From positions 1 through 43,274 of the forward strand of contig JAUCBJ010004040.1 of the NCBI GenBank assembly GCA_032718475.1: a DNA stretch of 43,274 nucleotides. The letters are read 5' to 3'. The position numbers and the translations under genes were made by a program. The stretch comes from Nemertoderma westbladi (Eukaryota > Animalia > Xenacoelomorpha). Positions 22,731-35,000 of this stretch are shown here, piece by piece; within the stretch, counting starts at the first letter, position 1; every line of letters starts with the position of its first letter. Below the pieces are notes generated by a model. It made no database searches. It was not told the DNA's origin and saw nothing but the letters and a program-made list of their open reading frames with translations.

Positions 22731-25700
22731 GCACGTCAATCATATGATAGAGTCACCGAGTCTGGGTATCAGTTCAATTATTAGCGCACGTCAATCATAT
22801 GATAGAGTCACCGAGTCTGGGTATCAGTTCAATTATTAGCGCACGTCAATCATATGATAGAGTCACCGAGTCTGGGTATTAGTTCAATTATTAGCGCACG
22901 TCAATCATATGATAGAGTCACCGAGTCTGGGTATCAGTTCAATTATTAGCGCACGTCAATCATATGATAGAGTCACCGAGTCTGGGTATCAGTTCAATTA
23001 TTAGCGCACGTCAATCATATGATAGAGTCACCGAGTCTGGGTATCAGTTCAATTATTAGCGCACGTCAATCATATGATAGAGTCACCGAGTCTGGGTATC
23101 AGTTCAATTATTAGCGCACGTCAATCATATGATAGAGTCACCGAGTCTGGGTATCAGTTCAATTATTAGCGCACGTCAATCATATGATAGAGTCACCGAG
23201 TCTGGGTATCAGTTCAATTATTAGCGCACGTCAATCATATGATAGAGTCACCGAGTCTGGGTATCAGTTCAATTATTAGCGCACGTCAATCATATGATAG
23301 AGTCACCGAGTCTGGGTATCAGTTCAATTATTAGCGCACGTCAATCATATGATAGAGTCACCGAGTCTGGGTATCAGTTCAATTATTAGCGCACGTCAAT
23401 CATATGATAGAGTCACCGAGTCTGGGTATCAGTTCAATTATTAGCGCACGTCAATCATATGATAGAGTCACCGAGTCTGGGTATTAGTTCAATTATTAGC
23501 GCACGTCAATCATATGATAGAGTCACCGAGTCTGGGTATCAGTTCAATTATTAGCGCACGTCAATCATATGATAGAGTCACCGAGTCTGGGTATCAGTTC
23601 AATTATTAGCGCACGTCAATCATATGATAGAGTCACCGAGTCTGGGTATCAGTTCAATTATTAGCGCACGTCAATCATATGATAGAGTCACCGAGTCTGG
23701 GTATTAGTTCAATTATTAGCGCACGTCAATCATATGATAGAGTCACCGAGTCTGGGTATCAGTTCAATTATTAGCGCACGTCAATCATATGATAGAGTCA
23801 CCGAGTCTGGGTATCAGTTCAATTATTAGCGCACGTCAATCATATGATAGAGTCACCGAGTCTGGGTATCAGTTCAATTATTAGCGCACGTCAATCATAT
23901 GATAGAGTCACCGAGTCTGGGTATCAGTTCAATTATTAGCGCACGTCAATCATATGATAGAGTCACCGAGTCTGGGTATCAGTTCAATTATTAGCGCACG
24001 TCAATCATATGATAGAGTCACCGAGTCTGGGTATTAGTTCAATTATTAGCGCACGTCAATCATATGATAGAGTCACCGAGTCTGGGTATCAGTTCAATTA
24101 TTAGCGCACGTCAATCATATGATAGAGTCACCGAGTCTGGGTATCAGTTCAATTATTAGCGCACGTCAATCATATGATAGAGTCACCGAGTCTGGGTATT
24201 AGTTCAATTATTAGCGCACGTCAATCATATGATAGAGTCACCGAGTCTGGGTATCAGTTCAATTATTAGCGCACGTCAATCATATGATAGAGTCACCGAG
24301 TCTGGGTATCAGTTCAATTATTAGCGCACGTCAATCATATGATAGAGTCACCGAGTCTGGGTATTAGTTCAATTATTAGCGCACGTCAATCATATGATAG
24401 AGTCACCGAGTCTGGGTATCAGTTCAATTATTAGCGCACGTCAATCATATGATAGAGTCACCGAGTCTGGGTATCAGTTCAATTATTAGCGCACGTCAAT
24501 CATATGATAGAGTCACCGAGTCTGGGTATCAGTTCAATTATTAGCGCACGTCAATCATATGATAGAGTCACCGAGTCTGGGTATCAGTTCAATTATTAGC
24601 GCACGTCAATCATATGATAGAGTCACCGAGTCTGGGTATCAGTTCAATTATTAGCGCACGTCAATCATATGATAGAGTCACCGAGTCTGGGTATCAGTTC
24701 AATTATTAGCGCACGTCAATCATATGATAGAGTCACCGAGTCTGGGTATCAGTTCAATTATTAGCGCACGTCAATCATATGATAGAGTCACCGAGTCTGG
24801 GTATCAGTTCAATTATTAGCGCACGTCAATCATATGATAGAGTCACCGAGTCTGGGTATCAGTTCAATTATTAGCGCACGTCAATCATATGATAGAGTCA
24901 CCGAGTCTGGGTATCAGTTCAATTATTAGCGCACGTCAATCATATGATAGAGTCACCGAGTCTGGGTATCAGTTCAATTATTAGCGCACGTCAATCATAT
25001 GATAGAGTCACCGAGTCTGGGTATCAGTTCAATTATTAGCGCACGTCAATCATATGATAGAGTCACCGAGTCTGGGTATCAGTTCAATTATTAGCGCACG
25101 TCAATCATATGATAGAGTCACCGAGTCTGGGTATCAGTTCAATTATTAGCGCACGTCAATCATATGATAGAGTCACCGAGTCTGGGTATCAGTTCAATTA
25201 TTAGCGCACGTCAATCATATGATAGAGTCACCGAGTCTGGGTATCAGTTCAATTATTAGCGCACGTCAATCATATGATAGAGTCACCGAGTCTGGGTATC
25301 AGTTCAATTATTAGCGCACGTCAATCATATGATAGAGTCACCGAGTCTGGGTATCAGTTCAATTATTAGCGCACGTCAATCATATGATAGAGTCACCGAG
25401 TCTGGGTATCAGTTCAATTATTAGCGCACGTCAATCATATGATAGAGTCACCGAGTCTGGGTATCAGTTCAATTATTAGCGCACGTCAATCATATGATAG
25501 AGTCACCGAGTCTGGGTATCAGTTCAATTATTAGCGCACGTCAATCATATGATAGAGTCACCGAGTCTGGGTATCAGTTCAATTATTAGCGCACGTCAAT
25601 CATATGATAGAGTCACCGAGTCTGGGTATCAGTTCAATTATTAGCGCACGTCAATCATATGATAGAGTCACCGAGTCTGGGTATCAGTTCAATTATTAGC

Positions 25701-25753
25701 GCACGTCAATCATATGATAGAGTCACCGAGTCTGGGTATCAGTTCAATTATTA
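22731..25753. repeat. 55-bp tandem repeat, about 55 copies
   Basis: Unit GCACGTCAATCATATGATAGAGTCACCGAGTCTGGGTATCAGTTCAATTATTAGC; only one recurrent C>T variant seen. Confidence 0.99.
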
Positions 25754-25920
25754 ATTATTACAAAAAGGAGAAAAATAATAGAGATAATAATTAGATTACA
25801 AAACACTATTACAAAACTCGAAATAAATCACTAGAGCCTAATTCCTGGCACAATATGGTCACGAAACCCAATCTTAAATACTGTAGAAGCCATTCGTGAA
25901 CTGGGTAGGTTTCTCATTAT

Positions 25921-26020
25921 TCAATGTTTTCCTGGTGGTTTTTTCTTACAGCAATTTCCGCAGAGTTTTTCCTGTACAGTGGCGAAGAATCCCATAGGTC
26001 GACCAGGTTTATTTAGGTGT
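25921..26020 (-). CDS. ABCG: ABCG last coding exon ([33 protein letters not shown])
   Basis: Acceptor TTTGGTTTACAG|A, phase 2 matching the upstream donor AA|GTGAGT; open to TGA at 25921-25923. Confidence 0.75.
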
Positions 26021-29000
26021 CTGTAAACCAAAGTAATATGCTTTATTATAGTTTAATGATAGTAATATTAGATTATTAGAAAATTAACTGGTATATAATT
26101 CGAGCCTCCGGTGCGATGTTACCTTAAATAGGCTTTTAATAATAAACCCAAAAGTAATAATCGTCGTGCAAAAATCAGTGTTCAAAAATTTTATATTTCA
26201 TATATATTTTATATTTCTCTTAGAACAAAAGTAAATAAATAATTAAGACCCCAATAAAACCCCATTAAATATATTACAGTTGTCTGCAAATATGAAAAGC
26301 AAAAAGTTTATTACCGGTATTAATGTCCAGCTAACCTATATTCTTTCCTATACAGTAGTCAATAGATCTATAGCCTATTAAAATATTACACATTTCTGAA
26401 AAGGAGTAAGCAAAAACTAATAATAAACTTTTTGCTTTTCATATCTGCGGAAAACTGTAAAGCAAAAACTCAATGAAAGAACGAAGTGGCCCAAAATCCT
26501 AAAATACTGTCCATTATTGCTACTCACTTAAGTGCGAGGTATCCCAAATTCCTGAGCAGTAATCCTGATATCAAGAGGATTAGTATGTTACCCCATAATG
26601 GAAGGTCAGTGATTCCAAGTAGTTCTAGAACTTCTTTGTTGGTAACTATACCATTAGGATTGGTTGAACAGGACTCTGGGAACATGGTAAGATTTCTATC
26701 GATGTTACATCTAAATAAAATGTGTAAACATGATGTTATTATCGATATTATGGTCATTTATTCGACGTAGTCAAAATAATAATGAAAGTTTCAATTTTCA
26801 AGAATGTTGGCCTATGATTTACAAATCATTGTGTGTAAAATGAACTTTACATAGGGAGGGTGATATAAACTAATATTGGATGCTGAAAACCACCCTTATA
26901 AATGGACTAGAGTCAGACGGCCTATCTCTGTGCCATTAGACAATTATTGGGAAACTCATTTTCAAACATTGCAATCCAACGATGATGACCTGCTCGAACT
27001 CCGAGAGAGTGACTCCGATGGAGAGGTGAGGTGAGAGATGAAGTCAGCCAAAAAAACCCATTCCACATATACCCGCAATGGAGTTGTAGTCGCTAGGATC
27101 GGCAACGAAGGTGAAGTAATTCCTATTCGAAAATTCATCGACATAGCGAATCTTGCAGCCACTGTGGGATTTGCCCATGGGCGCCTAAACTCCACCAATG
27201 ACAGTTCTCCCTAAGAACCAAAGGGTTTCTTCTCGTTGAATTTTCTGTATCCCACTAATTATAGGGTCGGCCAACCAGTAACATAACCCAACTAATTAGT
27301 CATTTTTAATTAATCGTTCATGCATCAAATATTTCTCCCTGTAAGGGGGACCAGTATATACCTGTATATACCGTACTATACAATAACATAGGATACAGTT
27401 TTATTTTTGCAATATACGAAAATAACACAGGTACGGATATGAATTATAACTCAATTAGGGGAGTCATCTCAGCCTAAGGGGAGTCTTCTCAGCCTAAGGG
27501 GAGTGTTCTCAGCCTAGGCTGAGACGACTGAGGAGTGTTCTCAGCCTAGGCTGAGACGACTGAGGAGTGTTCTCAGCCTAGGCCGAGATGACTGGGGAGT
27601 CAGTTATCTCAGCCTTTTACACCGGCGACATGAATATTTACTTACTCAATAGTTAAATGATGAAGAATCAGTAAAGCAAGGATTAATTTTATTACAAAAT
27701 GATGCAGATCTAATTACTGAATGGTGTAAGAAATGGCGTATTATCTATATATATATATCGTATAAGCAATTATCTGCTATCCTATGTTATCTTATTAAAA
27801 TATATATTTCCCACGGTTCTTTCCCGGACACTTTAAAAAATGCCAAAGTTACCGATATAATCGATCGAAATAATTACCGTCCCATTTCTCTCTTGCCAAT
27901 TCTTAGTAAAATTTTTGAACAATTAATTAATTAATTAACTCGCAGCTTCTCTCCGACATACATATATTCTCGTTCCTTTCATCCTGCCAATATGGTTTCC
28001 GCCCCAAGACTAAAACCTCTTATGCCCTGTTATCCGTCATCGAAAATTTAAGCAGTACCTCGACAATAAAAATTATTCCTGTGTAATATATATTGATCTA
28101 AAAAGAGCTTTGTTTGATCTCGAATTTTCACATCCTATGAATATTGCATAGTTGTATTTGGATTAATTGTAAACTACGCATTAAGTAATACTAAATATAA
28201 CTTAGTAAAAAATAATCCAATCCACAAACTGAAAGTAACGAAAGTTCGCAATAATTGGAACAAAGATCGCAATAATAGGAACAAAGTTCGCAATAATAGG
28301 AACAAAGTTCGCAATAATAGGAACAAAGTTCGCAATAATAGGAACAAAGTTCGCAATAATAGGAACAAAGTTCGCAATAATAGGAACAAAGTTCGCAATA
28401 ATAGGAACAAAGTTCGCAATAATAGGAACAAAGTTCGCAATAATAGGAACAAAGTTCGCAATAATAGGAACAAAGTTCGCAATAATAGGAACAAAGTTCG
28501 CAATAATAGGAACAAAGTTCGCAATAATAGGAACAAAGATCGCAATAATATGAACAAAGTTCGCAATAATAGGAACAAAGTTCGCAATAATAGGAACAAA
28601 GTTCGCAATAATAGGAACAAAGTTCGCAATAATAGGAACAAAGTTCGCAATAATAGGAACAAAGTTCGCAATAATAGGAACAAAGTTCGCAATAATAGGA
28701 ACAAAGTTCGCAATAATAGGAACAAAGTTCGCAATAATAGGAACAAAGTTCGCAATAATAGGAACAAAGTTCGCAATAATAGGAACAAAGTTCGCAATAA
28801 TAGGAACAAAGTTCGCAATAATAGGAACAAAGATCGCAATAATAGGAACAAAGTTCGCAATAATAGGAACAAAGTTCGCAATAATAGGAACAAAGTTCGC
28901 AATAATAGGAACAAAGTTCGCAATAATAGGAACAAAGTTCGCAATAATAGGAACAAAGTTCGCAATAATAGGAACAAAGTTCGCAATAATAGGAACAAAG

Positions 29001-32000
29001 TTCGCAATAATAGGAACAAAGTTCGCAATAATAGGAACAAAGTTCGCAATAATAGGAACAAAGTTCGCAATAATAGGAACAAAGTTCGCAATAATAGGAA
29101 CAAAGTTCGCAATAATAGGAACAAAGCTCGCAATAATAGGAACAAAGTTCGCAATAATAGGAACAAAGTTCGCAATAATAGGAACAAAGTTCGCAATAAT
29201 AGGAACAAAGTTCGCAATAATAGGAACAAAGTTCGCAATAATAGGAACAAAGTTCGCAATAATAGGAACAAAGATCGCAATAATAGGAACAAAGTTCGCA
29301 ATAATAGGAACAAAGTTCGCAATAATAGGAACAAAGTTCGCAATAATAGGAACAAAGTTCGCAATAATAGGAACAAAGTTCGCAATAATAGGAACAAAGT
29401 TCGCAATAATAGGAACAAAGTTCGCAATAATTGGAACAAAGATCGCAATAATAGGAACAAAGATCGCAATAATTGGAACATAATTAATTATCCTTGAAAA
29501 TGTGATAGGAACATAGTTTGCAATAATAGGAACAAAGTTCGCAATAATAGGAACAAAGTTCGCAATAATTGGAACAAAGATCGCAATAATATGAACAAAG
29601 TTCGCAATAATAGGAACAAAGTTTGCAATAATAGGAACAAAGTTTGCAATAATAGGAACAAAGTTTGCAATAATAGGAACAAAGTTTGCAATAATAGGAA
29701 CAAAGTTCGCAATAATTGGAACAAAGATCGCAATAATATGAACAAAGTTCGCAATAATAGGAACAAAGTTCGCAATAATAGGAACAAAGTTTGCAATAAT
29801 AGGAACAAAGTTTGCAATAATAGGAACAAAGTTTGCAATAATAGGAACAAAGTTCGCAATAATTGGAACAAAGTTCGCAATAATATGAACAAAGTTCGCA
29901 ATAATAGGAACAAAGTTCGCAATAATAGGAACAAAGTTTGCAATAATAGGAACAAAGTTTGCAATAATAGGAACAAAGTTTGCAATAATAGGAACAAAGT
30001 TCGCAATAATTGGAACAAAGATCGCAATAATATGAACAAAGTTCGCAATAATAGGAACAAAGTTTGCAATAATAGGAACAAAGTTTGCAATAATAGGAAC
30101 AAAGTTTGCAATAATAGGAACAAAGTTCGCAATAATTGGAACAAAGATCGCAATAATATGAACAAAGTTCGCAATAATAGGAACAAAGTTCGCAATAATA
30201 GGAACAAAGTTTGCAATAATAGGAACAAAGTTTGCAATAATAGGAACAAAGTTTGCAATAATAGGAACAAAGTTCGCAATAATTGGAACAAAGTTCGCAA
30301 TAATATGAACAAAGTTCGCAATAATAGGAACAAAGTTCGCAATAATAGGAACAAAGTTTGCAATAATAGGAACAAAGTTTGCAATAATAGGAACAAAGTT
30401 TGCAATAATAGGAACAAAGTTCGCAATAATTGGAACAAAGATCGCAATAATATGAACAAAGTTCGCAATAATAGGAACAAAGTTTGCAATAATAGGAACA
30501 AAGTTTGCAATAATAGGAACAAAGTTCGCAATAATTGGAACAAAGATCGCAATAATAGGAACAAAGATCGCAATAATATGAACAAAGTTCGCAATAATAT
30601 GAACAAAGTTCGCAATAATAGGAACAAAGTTCGCAATAATAGGAACAAAGTTCGCAATAATTGGAACATAATTAATTATCCTTGAAAATGTGATAGGAAC
30701 ATAGTTTGCAATAATAGGAACAAAGTTCGCAATAATAGGAACAAAGTTCGCAATAATAGGAACAAAGTTTGCAATAATAGGAACAAAGTTTGCAATAATA
30801 GGAACAAAGTTTGCAATAATAGGAACAAAGTTCGCAATAATTGGAACAAAGTTCGCAATAATATGAACAAAGTTCGCAATAATAGGAACAAAGTTCGCAA
30901 TAATAGGAACAAAGTTTGCAATAATAGGAACAAAGTTTGCAATAATAGGAACAAAGTTCGCAATAATAGGAACAAAGCTCGCAATAATAGGAACAAAGTT
31001 CGCAATAATAGGAACAAAGTTCGCAATAATAGGAACAAAGTTTGCAATAATAGGAACAAAGTTCGCAATAATGGAACAAAGTCGCAATAATAGGAACAAA
31101 GCTCGCAATAATTGAACAAAGTCGCAATATATGAACAAAGTTCGCAATAATAGGAACAAAGTTCGCAATAATAGGAACAAAGATCGCAATAATTGGAACA
31201 TAATTAATTATCCTTGAAAATGTGATCGAGGAACATAGTTCGCAAGTAGAGGAACAAAGTTCGCAAAATATCAATAGAAAAAAAATTCGCGCCACCTTAA
31301 AATTAATATATTTACATTGTGTATGTAGTACAGTAAACACATTTACCGACCTGATATGATCACCACCATAATATTCCAGTTGGTTTAGCGCTTGATACGA
31401 ATAATGTATGATTGATAGAAATCGTATCCATTGGAGCCAGAAAGGCAGACGTCTGATAAAGAAACCACCAAGTAACATCGTAGAAACGGCAAATATAATA
31501 GCAACTGTTATTCCTTCCCGAATATTGACGCAGGAAGCGCTGATGACAATGCCTATTGCCTGTTGAAAACATTAATAACATAACAGAAGAATAAACCATA
31601 TAAAAAGGGAGGATACAATAGGAACATTAAAATATTTTACGTGCAAAAATAGTTTGAGTATCCATCAGTAACCATCAGACCGTAACTCGCCCGTGCCATA
31701 GCAACCCAGCTGCGTTCTACAGGACGCTTTGCCCACCTGCAAACCAGCTGTCTCATAGGTCGCCAACTAGAGTAGAGCATTGGTTGTCAATTTTCGGTTC
31801 CAAGAAATTCAATGGCAACCTCGCCAGTCGGCTGGCATATGAAACTCACGTCCCTGCTGATCAGTTCTACTATAGTAGTGGTTTTGGTATAAGACGAAAT
31901 TTCCGAAATTGTACAAACTACTGTATCTTATACCATGAACCCGGCGCAGGGCGCAGCATCCTGGTCTATCAAGAGATCTGGTACCCTCTGCAGTAAGAGC

Positions 32001-35000
32001 CAAACAGGGATTGTCGTATAGTACAGTACATAACCTATTCTAATTAATTTGTGGTTTAGGTTGAATTCAACTATACCGCAACCTATGCTTATAGTGAAAT
32101 CCTGGTATTATTCACATGAGGCAAGCTGAATATAATTCACACGGGACATATAGGGGACTGGTACTATATAGGCGCAACTGGCGACTATAGGCACAACAGG
32201 TGAGACTATAAAAGACTGGCACTATAGGTAGAACAGGTGGCACTGTTATAGGCACAACAGGGTGGCAATATCCGCGACTGGCACAAGGTTGCTCGAAAAC
32301 GTTAATGAAAAGTAGAATGTGTGTCAGGAGTGATCAAGCTCTGCCCAAATTTTGTAGGATTTCATTAGACGACTACAAAAATATAGTGGGTGGGCCGAAT
32401 CGCCCCCCCCCCCCCCCCCCCCCCCCCCCCCCAGTGGTGCTAATGGTCAAAACACCCCAGTGGTAATAGGGTTAATAAGCTTAACGTTATTTTATATTCC
32501 GACTAAACGCTGTATAAATTTGACATTGTTGTGTCCTTAGGCCAGACACTTTGGACATTAGTGCTAACTCATCGGTATATAATGGGAACCTTGCTTTGCT
32601 GAGTTAGTAATAATAAAGGCGATTTGAGTAGGCTGAACGTAGAATAAGCCTATATATATATAAATAATTAATATTATTATCGTTATAATATAAAGTTAGA
32701 ATTATTTTATATACCACACGATTAGGCCATTATTTACTAGAGCTAAGCACCATCGAACAAATGGTTATTACCTGAAATGTTAAAGCGTTGAAGAGAACTA
32801 CCATCCAGGTACCAAAGAAGAGACCAACGTATGCTGCGTCGGTAGAAGCATAAAGACCAACGACCCAGTAAACAATGCAGACAAACACAGTGGGAAGAAG
32901 TACGATAAGTGGAGCTTCGCTCGTGAGTTTGGCTAAATAATAGGCTGATAGTCGGTAGGAACCGCTGGAACGTTCTTTGTTGATCACCACACGTTCGGTG
33001 GGAACTAGGGGAAAAAATACAAATCTTGTTAGTTTTTATGCCCTTTTAATTTTAATAACTGCCGTTAGTTGATAATTCCCTACACTAATATTACACTTTG
33101 GTTGATAATTTATGCAGTGACGTTACAAAAGGATGGAGGACAGCACTCACACGACATCAGAGCATTCATCATTGGGTGCATCGACCACGTGACATTAAAG
33201 AAGAACAAACAACCAGCTCTATCGAATACAGACTCCTCCTCCCATGGCAATTGAAACCATACCAGACTACAAATTGCTGTTATGATGACCTAAAATAAAT
33301 AAAAAACATCTAGAAACAATTTTAAATCAATCTAAAAAGAAGTATACTCGTGCATGTATGTTACAATGTGGAATAACTGCATATTGTAAAGTGCTACTAA
33401 ATAATTCTAGTCTATCCTAAATGTTCGTCATGTTACGGGGCCCGTAGGCATATTTCCAATTGGGGTGTCGTTTCAGCCTATGGAAGTGTTTCTGGGCTTC
33501 TAATTGGCTGTTCCTTCAATAAGCTCACCTCATTGGCTAACACTCTCCCATAGCCAAAAGGTGTGTCGGTTCAGCCCAATTGCCAGAAGGGGTTTGTTTG
33601 TATGTGAATTTGTAGGCAGATACTGATGAGCGCAAGGCTGTCAGGAGCTTGGGCTTTGAATGTTTCTATCTGTCAGTACAGCAGTACCGGTACTGGCAGA
33701 CAGTTTCTCCAAGCGACATCCCTTTTGGCAATTAGGCTGAACCGACACACCTTTTGGCTATGGGAGAGTGTTAGCCAATGAGATGAGCTTATTTGATGGA
33801 TCAGCCAATTAGAAGCCAAAAATTCTTCCATAGGCTCTTGGCTCTTGTCTTGCTCTAGCATGTCGCTTTGTTCCATAGGCTGAAACGACACCCCAATTGC
33901 AAATATGCGGCCCGTAGCGCTTATTAATAAAACATTATCCACGCTCACAGTGTCAAACCAAAGGATACAGAGGGAATGAATTACATAGTATACAATTGCA
34001 TACTTGGTCCAGTTATATATAACTTTGGTGATCTTCTAATTTAATAAATAAAATAAATCACTCACATACTCTATGATTACGAATTTATTTAGAATAATTG
34101 AAAGATTTTGTTTCACTGATCTCTTGGACAATGTTGTAAACTGTGTCCAGAATGACGTGGGCCATTTCGCTTCAACGATCTGGGGCTCCTGCAAAGAACA
34201 TGAAAAATAAATACTAAATAATTAGAAGTATTGAACTTAAAAAAAAGGCGGGGCTAGCTGAGTTGGTTGAGCGCCGAGCTAACAATCTATTGGTTATTGA
34301 TTGAACACAAGTGTCATTAGTCACTACAAATGTCAGCACCGGTAAATCTGGTCAGTGACAATTTAGTTATTTAGTTTTTTAATCACTGTTTCTTTATTTG
34401 GGTTTAGTTAAATAGTTAGTTTGTTAAACTCGAGATCCATACATATAATGCATATATATAATGCATACATATAAAGTGCTCAATGAGTTAAATCTGGTCG
34501 TTTAGGGCTAGGGTCAAAAATTCATGCACCTGTCTTCGTTGGCAGAGTCAGAAACCTCGGGTGCGACAGACATATTGTAAAGGTGCCCTTTTGATTGAAA
34601 TCTTTTCTTTAATGGTTGTTCTTCCGGTGAACTAGCTTATATAGGTAAATACAGAATGATAAATGTTTAACTTCACTATTACCCATATGTACTACATTAC
34701 TCAAACTAACGGTCTCTTCAGCTGGGAGAACAACAACATCGACTTCCTGTTTCTCTTCATTATCTGACGGTAGTTTTAGCTCCGGGTCCTTCTCCCGAAT
34801 CGTATTGAAACCCTCAACAATAGTGGTTTCTACCTCTTTAGATTCACGAAGTTGTTCCACTATAAATAAAACGTCCCAAATTTTATCAGAAAGATCGTTT
34901 CCTAATTACGAACCTTTCTTACTGACATGCATGGAGTGGACTACTTACTTTTAGTGTAAACCTGATGCTTAAAAACAATTCCTTTTATGTACCGCACGTC

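Noticed and set aside
22731-25753. CRISPR-like array
   Set aside because: Head-to-tail identical units without unique spacers, no cas genes, eukaryotic context. The same applies to the other arrays.
26524-26526. TGA as the ABCG stop codon
   Set aside because: It overlaps a consensus donor AA|GTGAGT and an in-phase exon follows at 25921-26020. An intron-retained short form cannot be excluded.
28174-31201. Long ORFs (999, 435, 393, 364, 315 aa) of IIANFVP / LLRTLFL / NKVRNNR repeats
   Set aside because: Produced by a stop-free 21-bp unit in several frames on both strands; the flanking ABCG exons splice cleanly across the array.
34247-34290. tRNA gene
   Set aside because: Only an A-box/D-arm-like 5' half (GGGCTAGCTGAGTTGGTTGAGCG); no T-arm or B box follows, so probably a SINE remnant.
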